Counted from the first letter of the stretch, positions 14,114-23,342 are shown. The stretch: DNA of 23,989 bases from Verrucomicrobiales bacterium (GCA_031411295.1 JANOAV010000149.1:1-23989); one strand, 5' to 3'. A program made the numbers and translations. Notes: generated from the sequence alone by a model not told the origin.

Positions 14114-14424
14114 GGTTAGATGAACAAAGTGGAATCCGGTGAGTGCGGGAGCGCTTGGTCACCACGGGCCCCATGCAGTCACGTTGTGGGCCGACGACAC
14201 CGACTAAGCAATTTCCCTACCTACACTTCGGACGAATCCTAATTTACGCAGCTCACAATTTTCCGCATAATGACGTCCTGTTCATCTGGTGCTCAAAGAG
14301 CCGAGCCATAGGTCCGCGACTCCTGCGGCTTAGGCTCTTTAAATGGGTGTCAGCGATCCGCAGGGGCAACAGCATCATCAACTGTTCGCATCAATCCCCG
14401 CTCATCGCTGGCACCTCTTTTTTT
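14114..14424. ncRNA. Candidate structured non-coding RNA (three consecutive long stem-loops, then a T tract on +)
   Basis: Stems at 14116-14126/14279-14289, 14153-14160/14202-14209, 14295-14302/14333-14340 and 14346-14357/14404-14415. Family not recognised. Confidence 0.4.
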
Positions 14425-14480
14425 GTTTCTCTCGCGCCCTTTCCCGTTCGCGAAGGGACGTCCAAGCCGGTTCATGCAGC

Positions 14481-14517
14481 ACAAACAAACAGCCACGAAT
14501 CCGGGGATTCGTGGCTG
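14481..14517 (-). terminator. Intrinsic terminator of the lipoprotein gene
   Basis: Perfect stem cagccacgaatc/gattcgtggctg, followed on the minus strand by TTTGTTTGT. Confidence 0.75.
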
Positions 14518-14565
14518 CTGTGATGTGAATTGTGGTCAGCCTAAGGGGCCAACTTAAGGGGCAAC

Positions 14566-15642
14566 CTAGGCGGCCTTCTTTTTCGGGGTTGGCGCGGCGG
14601 CATCATCCTTGTCGTCGGATTCGCTGGCTTTCTTGGCCGCTTCTTCCAGGAGCTTCTTCAGCTCTGGGGTTTGGCCAGCCTTGGCGGCCTCGGATTCGGC
14701 TTTGTAGTCAAAGCCAGCTGCACCGGGTTTGATGACGAGCTTGGGCTCGCCTTTGCCACCAAAGATGGCTTCGGTGACCTTGGCGGCCAGCGCTTTGGAT
14801 TCTGGATCGCTGCCTTTCATGAGCTTCATGGGATCCGCTTGCGCACCGCCAGCCGCTGCCATCTTGGCTGCGATTTTGTCGTCGGCCATGAGTTTCTCCA
14901 TGCCGTCGAAGATTTTGGCGAAGGAAATTTCCAACTTGGCCGTGTTGGCGTCCACTTTGGTCATCATCCCATAGTCTTGAATTTCACCACCGACTTTGAT
15001 GGTCTGGGTGATGCGCATGGTGCCCAGCATGGCGGACATCATGGGCTTCATGGCTCCGAATTGCGTGCGCATCTCGGTGACTTTGTCCTGCAATTCCTGA
15101 TCGGAGAGCTTCTCCGGGGCGGGAGCCGGGGCCTTGTCATCCTCTGCCTTGTCGCTGCTGAGGGGCACTTCCACGATCCATTTGCCGGAAGCGTCCTTGT
15201 AGGATTTCACATCGCCAATTTCAGGACCGGATGATTTAGCCTTGGCTCCGCCACCCATGGTCCCGCCCATGCTGTCCATGGGGTTGGCGGCTTTAAACTT
15301 GTTGATGTCTTTGTAGTAACCGACGGCGGACACTTTGATTTTGCCGTCGGCGCCTTTCACCGATTTTGCTTCCTTCCAGACGTCAACGCCCTTGGTTTTG
15401 CCGAGGATGCCGAGGAGCATGTCCTTGCCGGGATCTCCCATTTCCAAACCACCACCAGCACCACCTTCTCCGCCCTTGCCACCCAGCATGCCCGCCATGG
15501 GACCGAGATCGACGGTGGCTTTAATGGTGAATTTTCCGGAGCCATCGGAGTTTAGGACGTTATCGTTGTCCGCCTGGATACAACTCGAGAGCGGGAAAAC
15601 GAGCCCTGCAAGGAGGGCCAATGAGAGTGGACGCATTTTCAT
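14566..15642 (-). CDS. Hypothetical lipoprotein
   Basis: 358 aa with a signal peptide and lipobox-like LSSC. The motif LNSDGSGKFTI resembles LppM-like lipoproteins. Confidence 0.75.
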   Translation of the reverse strand: MKMRPLSLALLAGLVFPLSSCIQADNDNVLNSDGSGKFTIKATVDLGPMAGMLGGKGGEGGAGGGLEMGDPGKDMLLGILGKTKGVDVWKEAKSVKGADGKIKVSAVGYYKDINKFKAANPMDSMGGTMGGGAKAKSSGPEIGDVKSYKDASGKWIVEVPLSSDKAEDDKAPAPAPEKLSDQELQDKVTEMRTQFGAMKPMMSAMLGTMRITQTIKVGGEIQDYGMMTKVDANTAKLEISFAKIFDGMEKLMADDKIAAKMAAAGGAQADPMKLMKGSDPESKALAAKVTEAIFGGKGEPKLVIKPGAAGFDYKAESEAAKAGQTPELKKLLEEAAKKASESDDKDDAAAPTPKKKAA

Positions 15643-15814
15643 GAGCTTATATTGGGTTTTGGGATTTAGGTCTATTGCTTTGGGCGTGCTAGAACTTGCA
15701 TACCAACGGAACCCGTTGTTATGATAGCCTCATCCAAGCAACGCCCGATCATACTCAACGTGTCCCAAGTTGCCAATCCAATTCCGTCAATTATTGATTT
15801 ACTGATTTTTCTCC

Positions 15815-16225
15815 ATGAATCCCGATGCCAGTTCCCCCACCCCAGAAGTTCGCTTGGATAAGTGGCTCTGGGCGGTGCGTTTGTTCAAGACCCGCAGCCA
15901 AGCGGCGGATGCCTGCCGCTTACAGCGAGTGAAATTTGCCGGTCAGGAAGTAAAAGCCTCCCGCGTGGTGCGGATGGGTGACATTTACGAAGTGCAACTG
16001 GAGGAGTTAACGCGCACCGTGCAGGTCAAAGGCCTGCTGGAGCGGCGGGTGGCAGGCAAACTCGTGGAGCAATACACGGTCGATCTCACTCCTGTGGAAA
16101 TCCTGCAGGAGGCCCGGGATCGGCGGGAATCGCTGCGACTCTCCCCTCCCATCGCGCCAGAATTCAGGCCCTCCAAGAAGGCCCGGGAAATGCTGCGGCA
16201 GATCTATCAATCATCAGAGGACTAG
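15815..16225 (+). CDS. hslR: S4-domain ribosome-associated heat shock protein Hsp15
   Basis: VRLDKWLWAVRLFKTRSQAADAC...KASR.V..GD, with C-terminal RPSKKARE. Confidence 0.9.
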   Translation: MNPDASSPTPEVRLDKWLWAVRLFKTRSQAADACRLQRVKFAGQEVKASRVVRMGDIYEVQLEELTRTVQVKGLLERRVAGKLVEQYTVDLTPVEILQEARDRRESLRLSPPIAPEFRPSKKAREMLRQIYQSSED

Positions 16226-16227
16226 GC

Positions 16228-17907
16228 ATGTCGCGCAGGTTACTGATGGGGAGAATTTTGGCGGTCCGGGTCTATCGACTGGGGATTCTGCTGGTGATTG
16301 GCTGGCTGCTGCGCGAACAGATGACGCGCCTGCGCCAAACGCCTGCCCCTGAAATCGCGCTGGAGGCGGTGCACGCCATTTTCCCAACTGCAGCCAAATT
16401 GGAGGATCCTGTCGTGGCCCATGGGTGGCGCGTGGTCCTGAACAAATCTGGCAACAAGTTGGGGGAAGTGCTTACCTCCGCCCCGGTGACGGACCACATT
16501 GTGGGCTACTCGGGCCCCAGCAATATCCTCATCGGACGCGATTCCACCGGCAGCCTGATGGGGGTGCGACTTCTGAGCAGTGGCGACACCCCGAAGCATC
16601 TGGCGCTGGTGGAGCAATCGGCCTCCTTCTGGAAACAATGGCAAGACTGGAATCCGGCCAACTCTGCTGCGCCCAAGGTGGATGCGGTCAGCGGGGCCAG
16701 CCTTACGAGCAATGCGATTGCCGAGAGTATTATCCTGCGCGTCAGCGGTAACAATATTTCCCTCCGATTCCCTCAACCAGTGACCCTGGCCGAAGCCAAA
16801 CTTCATTTCCCCCAGGCTGCGACAGTGCTGAGCACCGATCCGAAACTCACCGTGGAGGACGACCGCGGACAGTTGCTCGGCTACTTGCTGCGGACTAGCC
16901 CGACGGCGGATAATGTCAGTGGATACTCCGGCCCCACGGAATGCCTGATTTCCCTGGCGGCGGATGGCATCACCGTGCAACTCGTCACCCTGCGCAAGAC
17001 CTATGACACAGAATCCTATGTGGCGACCGTGGCCGAGGATCCGCATTATCTCAAGCTTTTTGCCGGTCGGACCCTGCAAACGCTGGCGGGCATGGATTTT
17101 GATAAAGAGGGCATTGAAGGAGTCAGTGGCAGCACCAAAACGAGTTATGCCATAGCCGAATCGCTGCGGCAACGGGCTGGCACGGTGATTAATACGAAAC
17201 CCGCCACTAAAGCTTGGTGGCACTGGCAAGGGGTGGACTGGCTGCTGTTGACGATGATAGCCCTAGCCTTGGTGCTTTCGCTTTCGCGACTCCGAGGGAA
17301 CGCCAAAGTGCGACTGCTGTGGCAGGTAGCGCTGGTGTTGGCGCTGGGCCTCTGGGCCGGCCAACTGATCTCGCTGGCCCTCGTGGCAGGGTGGGCCCAG
17401 CACGGCTTCCCCTGGCGCACCGCCCCGGGGTTGTGTCTGCTAGTGGCGGTGGCCATTTTGTTTCCTTGGACCAGTCGGCGGCAAATATACTGCCACCACC
17501 TCTGTCCGCACGGGGCTGCGCAGAGCCTGCTGGGGCTGGTCCTCCGTCGGAAATGGACGCTGCCACCACGCTGGCATCGCGGCTTGCAATGGCTGCCGGG
17601 ACTAATGCTGGTCTCGGCTCTGCTGACGCTGGTGATCGCGGTCCGCGCGGGCAAGAGTTTGGATTTATCCTTGCTGGAACCATTCGACGCTTGGGGCTGG
17701 CGTGCGGTTGCTTGGATTCCCATCGCCATTGCTGGGCTGGGCTTGATCGCCTCACTATTTGTGCCCCAGGCCTACTGCCACTATGGATGCCCGACCGGGG
17801 CGTTGCTGAAATATGTCCGCAGCCCCGGCGGAACGGATCGCTTCGGCAAGAGCGACTTGCTGGCAGGACTGGTAGCGCTCGCAGTGTTCGCGCTGACGCA
17901 CACTTGA
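16228..17907 (+). CDS. NosR/NirI-like membrane protein with two FMN-binding domains and CxxxCP motifs
   Basis: Two GYSGP..(D/E).VSG(A/S)(S/T).TS domains, several transmembrane helices, and YCHHLCPHG and YCHYGCPTG. Confidence 0.85.
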   Translation: MSRRLLMGRILAVRVYRLGILLVIGWLLREQMTRLRQTPAPEIALEAVHAIFPTAAKLEDPVVAHGWRVVLNKSGNKLGEVLTSAPVTDHIVGYSGPSNILIGRDSTGSLMGVRLLSSGDTPKHLALVEQSASFWKQWQDWNPANSAAPKVDAVSGASLTSNAIAESIILRVSGNNISLRFPQPVTLAEAKLHFPQAATVLSTDPKLTVEDDRGQLLGYLLRTSPTADNVSGYSGPTECLISLAADGITVQLVTLRKTYDTESYVATVAEDPHYLKLFAGRTLQTLAGMDFDKEGIEGVSGSTKTSYAIAESLRQRAGTVINTKPATKAWWHWQGVDWLLLTMIALALVLSLSRLRGNAKVRLLWQVALVLALGLWAGQLISLALVAGWAQHGFPWRTAPGLCLLVAVAILFPWTSRRQIYCHHLCPHGAAQSLLGLVLRRKWTLPPRWHRGLQWLPGLMLVSALLTLVIAVRAGKSLDLSLLEPFDAWGWRAVAWIPIAIAGLGLIASLFVPQAYCHYGCPTGALLKYVRSPGGTDRFGKSDLLAGLVALAVFALTHT

Positions 17908-17923
17908 GCCTAGCCCGCAGTGG

Positions 17924-18430
17924 TTAAACCTTACCCCGCTTGGAATATCGCGCCATCTCCCGTTCGACTTCACGATTGTCCGCTTTTTTCTTCAAGTCCT
18001 CGCGCTTGTCACCTTGATGCTTGCCTCGGCCCACGCCGAGTTCCAGTTTCACTTTGGCACCTTTCCAATACATTTTCAGGGCCACCAGGGTCTGTCCTTT
18101 GATTTGGCAGGAACCATAGAGTTTGTTGATTTCCCCCTTATTTAAGAGCAGCTTGCGAATGCGTTTGGCATCATGCTGCTCCCAACTAGCCTTGACGTAA
18201 GGCTGAATGTCGCATCCGTAGAGCAGGCACTCGCCATTTTCGATCCGCGCAAAGGCATCGCGCAGGTTGATTTTTCCATCGCGAATGGATTTCACTTCGG
18301 TGCCACGCAACACCACGCCGACCTCGAGGCGTTCCACGATTTCATATTCCACCAACGCTTTCTTGTTGGTAGCGATCTCCACCGGCTTCACACCGGCCTT
18401 GGCCTTATTGGGGACGGGCTTCGCTGACAT
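17924..18430 (-). CDS. smpB: SsrA-binding protein SmpB
   Basis: IATNKKA..EYEI.E.LE.G.VL.GTEVKSIR.GK.NL.DAFA, RKLLLNK.EI, GKHQGDKRE. Confidence 0.97.
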   Translation of the reverse strand: MSAKPVPNKAKAGVKPVEIATNKKALVEYEIVERLEVGVVLRGTEVKSIRDGKINLRDAFARIENGECLLYGCDIQPYVKASWEQHDAKRIRKLLLNKGEINKLYGSCQIKGQTLVALKMYWKGAKVKLELGVGRGKHQGDKREDLKKKADNREVEREMARYSKRGKV

Positions 18431-18528
18431 AGTTAGATCCTGCTCTGCGGGAGGACATAAGCCGTCACTGTAACCAGTCCGGGTCCGCTTTTGGGGAGCG
18501 GCAGCAAACGACTGCCACCAAGTGAATA

Positions 18529-18735
18529 CTAGTCGGCCAGTTGGACCGAGATTTTGCCTTCGATGATTTCGAGGAGTGCCACATCCCCCTGACCCAAGCG
18601 GCTGCCATGTGCGGCCACATTAATCAATGGCGCGCGACCTTGGTTCAACTGCCGCACGCGGCGGGAGACCAAATTGATCAACTGCGGAGGATGGGGAATT
18701 ACTTTGGCGGCACGTTCAATCAGTTCACTTTTCAT
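18529..18735 (-). CDS. rpoZ: RNA polymerase omega subunit (short PVC-type)
   Basis: 68 aa, MKSELIERA..VIP.P.QLINLVSRRVRQLNQG..PLI...DVALLEIIEGKI. True start is ATG 18735 inside the longer computed ORF. Confidence 0.85.
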   Translation of the reverse strand: MKSELIERAAKVIPHPPQLINLVSRRVRQLNQGRAPLINVAAHGSRLGQGDVALLEIIEGKISVQLAD

Positions 18736-18997
18736 AAAAATCCTTGGGGTGGGAAAATGGAATAAAATCAGTAATGGGTGAGGACTTTCTGACAGGGGGG
18801 CGGCATGAGGCCACCGTATATTCCACCAAAATTGGCGGCAATAGCCCTCGGGGGAAAGTTCTGCGGGCCGACCAAGTAACATTGTTTCCCCAAAGCGCAA
18901 GTATTTTCCCCCGGGAAGACTTACTCGGCATGATGATCCACGGTGGTCAAATTTCCTCGTGCAGAGATTACGGCCACGGTGTTTGTTCCAGAAAATT

Positions 18998-19675
18998 ATG
19001 TCGATCGCCACCAACCTTGCTGAAGTCCAAGCCGAAATCAACGCTGCCTGCATTCGTGCGCAGCGAAATCCTGCACAAGTGCAACTCCTCGTCGTTTCCA
19101 AGACATTCGGGCCATCCGAAATTTCCGAGGCCGCCAAGCACACGCTACCGAGTTTCGGAGAAAGCCGCGTGCAGGAGGCACTGGAGAAAATCCCCCAACT
19201 CCCCCGGGACTTTCGCTGGCATTTCATCGGTCACCTGCAATCCAACAAAATCCGTAAAATCCTCCCCTATCTAACTGCCGTTCATAGCGTCGATTCCCTT
19301 GCTCTCGCACAGGATCTGAACCGGATCGCCCTCGAATTGCAGTTGCGACCGCAGGTCTACTTACAAGTAAATGTCGCCCGGGACGCAGCGAAATTTGGGT
19401 TCAGCCCGGAAGCGATCACCGCTGAATTGCCATCAATGCTGAACTTGCCAGCTCTGGAAATCGTAGGCCTGATGACGATTCCCTTTGCGGTGGAGCATCC
19501 AGAGGCGGCACGCCCCCATTTTGCTGCCTTGAGGAAACTCCGGGATGAATTGGAACGCAACTCAGGGAGCAGCCTTCCTGGTCTTAGTATGGGGATGAGT
19601 GATGATTTCCCGATCGCTATCGAAGAGGGGGCCACCATGGTCCGCGTGGGGAGCCGGATTTTTGGCCATCGCTGA
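18998..19675 (+). CDS. yggS: PLP homeostasis protein YggS/PROSC
   Basis: LLVVSKT, FGESRVQEA, WHFIGHLQSNK, GLMTIP, LSMGMSDDF..AIEEGATMVRVGS.IFG. Start ATG 18998. Confidence 0.96.
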   Translation: MSIATNLAEVQAEINAACIRAQRNPAQVQLLVVSKTFGPSEISEAAKHTLPSFGESRVQEALEKIPQLPRDFRWHFIGHLQSNKIRKILPYLTAVHSVDSLALAQDLNRIALELQLRPQVYLQVNVARDAAKFGFSPEAITAELPSMLNLPALEIVGLMTIPFAVEHPEAARPHFAALRKLRDELERNSGSSLPGLSMGMSDDFPIAIEEGATMVRVGSRIFGHR

Positions 19676-19860
19676 CGCCATGAAAATTCTGCTTTTGTGG
19701 TTTCGTTTCGGAAGCTGCGGTCCAGACTGTCTTAGCGCTTTCTGGTGTGGATGGTAGTAATTCTCCGGGTGCTTTGTGCTAAATCGGGGAGATTCTGGCG
19801 AAGACCCTGCTCTGTGACAGCTCTCAAATTCAAGAAAATGATTCTAAATTATGAAAAAAC

Positions 19861-19889
19861 TTGCAATCATGTGACAGAGCTGCTATAAT
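19861..19889 (+). promoter_or_regulatory. sigma70 promoter of the HTH-receiver gene
   Basis: TTGCAA (19861-19866), 17 bp, TATAAT (19884-19889), with an extended -10 TG. Confidence 0.75.
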
Positions 19890-20033
19890 TGCTGGTATTC
19901 TCACCGAAATCATTATGGAAATTCTGTTCTAGCATCATTTCGGCCGGATTACAGGCCACACGACACCGCCAAGCAGTAATCGCGCGGCCTACCTCAAACC
20001 AACTTACAATACCAACGAACCCACCTCCTCTTT

Positions 20034-20594
20034 ATGGCTGAAGACCTACATGAATTAATGACCGTCAAGGAAACCGCAGAATATCTGCGGATACCCTTAC
20101 CTACGGTCTATTATCTGGTGCAGCGCGGACAACTTCCTGCGGTGCAGATTGGGGGACGCTGGCGCATTAAGCGGAGCCTGTTGGATCGTGATGTGCTCCG
20201 CAATGACCAAGCAGGTCAACCAACCGTGCTCGTAGTGGACGATGACCTGCAGTTGCAAAACATCTTCAAGCAATTCCTGAAGAAGGCTGGCTTCGGACGG
20301 ATTGTGGTCGGCACGGGTGCTGAAGCGATCCAACACGCTGAGAAGCAACGCTTTGACATGGTTTTCCTAGACCTGCAACTTCCGGACGTTCCGGGCGACG
20401 AAGTTTATGCTCGGATCAAGGATATGCACCCAGATCTCCCGATCGTGATCATCACTGGTTACCCGGACAGCGAAATCCTCAGCAAAATCCTCCAGAAGGG
20501 ACCAGTGACGGTAATCAAGAAACCAATCGAACTGGAGCAGCTCAACCGCACGGTGAAGCAGCTTGGCCACAAAGGTATGGATACCATCAGTTAG
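20034..20594 (+). CDS. Response regulator: N-terminal excisionase-like HTH (HTH_17) plus C-terminal receiver domain
   Basis: LMTVKETAEYLRIP..TVY.L...G.LPA..IGGRWRI; VLVVDDD, FLDLQLP, IITGY, KKP. Confidence 0.92.
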   Translation: MAEDLHELMTVKETAEYLRIPLPTVYYLVQRGQLPAVQIGGRWRIKRSLLDRDVLRNDQAGQPTVLVVDDDLQLQNIFKQFLKKAGFGRIVVGTGAEAIQHAEKQRFDMVFLDLQLPDVPGDEVYARIKDMHPDLPIVIITGYPDSEILSKILQKGPVTVIKKPIELEQLNRTVKQLGHKGMDTIS

Positions 20595-20628
20595 TAATTG
20601 GTTTTCAACAGCTTACGTTAGCTTTTCA

Positions 20629-20662
20629 CAAAACCCTGTGCGCTCCGGTGCACAGGTTTTTT
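20629..20662. terminator. Bidirectional intrinsic terminator
   Basis: aaaacc-ctgtgcgc-tccg-gtgcacag-gtttttt, lying between convergent genes. Confidence 0.75.
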
Positions 20663-20692
20663 GCTTTTGTCTGGGAAGCAAGTTACCTCTAT

Positions 20693-20919
20693 CCACGACT
20701 GCCGTCACGCGGAGCGATGACGGCTACTATCCATAAAGTAGTCATCATCGCTCCGCGTGATGACCGGTGCGATTTCCCTCGCCCCAGAACGTCCTGGAAT
20801 CACCCACCGCACGCGCCACTGACAGCCAATGGCCCAGCAAGTTCCCATGCCCGGCCGCGCTAGTCTGGCGTGTTCCGAACTCGCATACGCCGGCCCACGA
20901 CTGCCGTCACGCGGAGCGA
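20693..20919. repeat. GTAG-type REP cluster (inverted doublet plus a third partial copy)
   Basis: ccacgactgccgtcacgcggagcga is identical at 20693-20717 and 20895-20919. Inverted copy agtagtcatcatcgctccgcgtgatg at 20737-20762. Confidence 0.85.
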
Positions 20920-21464
20920 GGACCACTTTGGGGATCGTCCAGCAAAGCCATCGCCCGCTCCACGATCCCTTCCAGCGGCCAAAGCCGACCGATCCCCTCG
21001 TATCCACAGGCCAGCATTCCCTCCTCGGGGCCAATAAAGTCATGCCCCCACGATCTTAGAGTCGCCACGTTCTGCTGGGTTGCCGGATGCAGCCACATTT
21101 TACCATTCATGGCCGGAGCATGGAGAAATTTAGCCTTGGTCGCCAAGGCAATGGCCGTCAGGGCATCGTCCGCCATTCCGTGAGCCAGCTTGGCAAGACA
21201 ATTCGCAGTAGCGGGAGCGATGAGCACCAAATCCGCCTCGTCCGCCAATTGAATATGACCCGGCCGCCAACTCTCCTTTTCATCATACAATCCGGTCACA
21301 ACCGGACGTCGGGTTAAGGTTTGCAATGTCAGCGGGGTAATGAACTCCTGGGCATCTTTCGTCATCACGGCAGTCACGATGGCTCCGCGCTTAACCAACA
21401 AACTGGCCAAATCCGCTGCTTTATAAGCTGCGATGGAGCCAGTGATTCCCAGCAAGATTTTCAT
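20907..21464 (-). CDS. coaC: Phosphopantothenoylcysteine decarboxylase (stand-alone CoaC flavoprotein)
   Basis: ILLGITGSIAAYKA, HIQLA, IAPATAN..AK.A.G.ADD, APAMN..MW, G.LACGYEG.GRL. The ORF ends before any CoaB domain. Confidence 0.9.
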   Translation of the reverse strand: MKILLGITGSIAAYKAADLASLLVKRGAIVTAVMTKDAQEFITPLTLQTLTRRPVVTGLYDEKESWRPGHIQLADEADLVLIAPATANCLAKLAHGMADDALTAIALATKAKFLHAPAMNGKMWLHPATQQNVATLRSWGHDFIGPEEGMLACGYEGIGRLWPLEGIVERAMALLDDPQSGPRSA

Positions 21465-21466
21465 AC

Positions 21467-21961
21467 TTAGGACTTCAAATCCTCGAGCTCTTTTTCCAGC
21501 TTCGAAATGATTGCGGAGGCCGTTTTCAGACGGGCTGCTAACACCCGGGAAATGAAGCCATATAAGGCTGCGTAGTAACCAGGATTCTCCTCTTCGGACT
21601 TGATCTCACTCAGAAACTTTTGATCAATGACCAGACAGAGGGTGCTGGTCTTGGCGATGACTGATGCAGAGCGCTTATCGTCACTCACCACCGCCAATTC
21701 CCCGAAGATTTCACCTGAGGCCTCGATCGTCGCAATGGGTTCGCCCCCTTTGACTACTTCCAGCTTGCCGGTCAGGAGGATGAAGATGCGAGCATCCTCT
21801 TGTCCCTCCTTAATGATAGCGTCCCCGGGATCGGCTTGGATAAAGTAGCTGGAATAGAGGATGTCGTTAAGGTGACCGTCCGCAAAATTTGCGAAAAAAG
21901 GTATTTTGTCGAGTGGCTCCGGGAGGGTGCCCTCCTCGTGAATGTAGGCGAATTCTTTCAT
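21467..21961 (-). CDS. Cyclic-nucleotide-binding domain protein (no HTH)
   Basis: II.EG......FILL.G..EV...G..IA......GEIFGELA......RSASV.A. Likely start ATG 21961. Confidence 0.88.
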   Translation of the reverse strand: MKEFAYIHEEGTLPEPLDKIPFFANFADGHLNDILYSSYFIQADPGDAIIKEGQEDARIFILLTGKLEVVKGGEPIATIEASGEIFGELAVVSDDKRSASVIAKTSTLCLVIDQKFLSEIKSEEENPGYYAALYGFISRVLAARLKTASAIISKLEKELEDLKS

Positions 21962-22021
21962 AGGTAATTTTCTGAGCGGACTTAGCACAGGTTGGGCACC
22001 AATGGAAAGAGAAATCCCCGG

Positions 22022-22071
22022 AAAAAAGGAACGAGGCTTGGGAGAACCGACCAAGAAACTCCCAAGCCTCG
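22022..22071 (-). terminator. Intrinsic terminator downstream of the small ORF
   Basis: 13-bp perfect stem cgaggcttgggag/ctcccaagcctcg, followed on the minus strand by TTCCTTTTTT. Confidence 0.7.
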
Positions 22072-22115
22072 CGTTTTTGGGGAGCGAACTCCCCGATAGG
22101 TGTAAGCTTCCTTGT

Positions 22116-22238
22116 TTACACCAAATTTGTAACCAACAGGTAAATTGCAGTGACTACAGTCATTCCAGCAGCAACGAGAGTGATGCGCTCTAAACGAGGG
22201 CTCTCGCTTTCACTGGGATTTAGGGTAATTGCTTTCAT
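22116..22238 (-). CDS. Putative 40-aa single-pass membrane microprotein
   Basis: MKAITLNPSESESPRLERITLVAAGMTVVTAIYLLVTNLV*. ATG start, A/C-rich leader and its own terminator. Confidence 0.55.
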   Translation of the reverse strand: MKAITLNPSESESPRLERITLVAAGMTVVTAIYLLVTNLV

Positions 22239-22465
22239 TTCGGGTTGATGTGGTTGAGTGAGTAGAGATTACCGGAATTCTGGTAATTTGCAAATTTATT
22301 TTTGATAAATTTTACAATTTAGATTCTCGGTTTTGCGATTTCTTTATCGGATTCACAGTTAAAGCAACCTTGATGCCAATAATTCACTTGGAATACTCAG
22401 AGATGAGAGTCATATCTACCTCTCACTTAGTTGCAAATTTAAAATTACCCGTATTTCCACAATTC

Positions 22466-23263
22466 ATGATCGCACTTCCGGCGGATTACCACATGCACAC
22501 ACCGTTATGCAGACACGCGGAAGGAGCCCCAGTGGCTTACGCGCAACAGGCGAAGGCGTTAGGGCTGCCTGAGATCGGTTTTTCAGATCACAGTCCCCTG
22601 CCCCAATATTTCGATAACTGGCGGATGCTGGATGAGGAGTTGCCACGTTATTTAGAATGGATTGAAGAAGCTAGGACTACAGTGCCAGAGCTTCCGATCC
22701 TCCTGGGGCTTGAGGTGGATTATTTCGAGAGCGGTCGGGAATGGATTGAAACCCTGGCTTCCCGCACCCGGTGGGATTACTTCATCGGCAGCGTTCATTA
22801 TCTGGGTGACTGGGCGGTGGATGATCCCAGTTTGGTGCACCGCTTTCGGGAGCGGCCCGTGGAGGACATCTGGACCCGTTATTGGCAATTGTTCGCGCAG
22901 GCCGCTCGCAGCAAACACTTTGACATCATGGCGCATCCAGACCTGGTCAAGAAGTTCGGTCATCGCCCGGAGGGAGATTTGAAGCGCTTCTATGAACCGG
23001 CAGTGCAGGCCGTAGTGGATGCTGGGGTCACGATTGAGATCAACACGGCAGGCCTCTACAAGGACGTGAAGGAAATGTATCCGGCCCGAGAATTTTTGGA
23101 ATTGGCCGCGCAGGCCAAGGTTCCACTGGTCATTTCCAGCGACGCCCATGCGCCCCAGGACGTGGGGCGGGCTTTTCCTGCCGCAGTCGAACTGGCGAGA
23201 TCGTGTGGATTTACTGAACTCCAGCGATTCCGTGAAAGAATCAAGCAATCAGTCCCGTTGTAA
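22466..23263 (+). CDS. PHP-family histidinol-phosphatase (HisJ/HisK type)
   Basis: DYHMHTPLCRHA, GFSDHSP, GLEVDY, IGSVH, AHPDL.KK, EINTAG, SSDAH. Likely start ATG 22466. Confidence 0.9.
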   Translation: MIALPADYHMHTPLCRHAEGAPVAYAQQAKALGLPEIGFSDHSPLPQYFDNWRMLDEELPRYLEWIEEARTTVPELPILLGLEVDYFESGREWIETLASRTRWDYFIGSVHYLGDWAVDDPSLVHRFRERPVEDIWTRYWQLFAQAARSKHFDIMAHPDLVKKFGHRPEGDLKRFYEPAVQAVVDAGVTIEINTAGLYKDVKEMYPAREFLELAAQAKVPLVISSDAHAPQDVGRAFPAAVELARSCGFTELQRFRERIKQSVPL

Positions 23264-23342
23264 TCGCTTTTATCTCACTGCTTTACCCATACCGCGCCTT
23301 GCACTCTGACGGGGCCGGATTATGATGGGCACCTCACGACCT

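Noticed and set aside
14114..14424. tmRNA, cobalamin riboswitch or tRNA
   Set aside because: No tRNA-like GGGG...CCA ends or T-loop and no tag ending in ALAA. Only a partial ggaatccggtgag resemblance to the B12 element, without the other conserved boxes.
18736..19227. Long N-terminal extension of rpoZ (232-aa ORF)
   Set aside because: It overlaps yggS on the opposite strand, and omega similarity starts at Met 18735.
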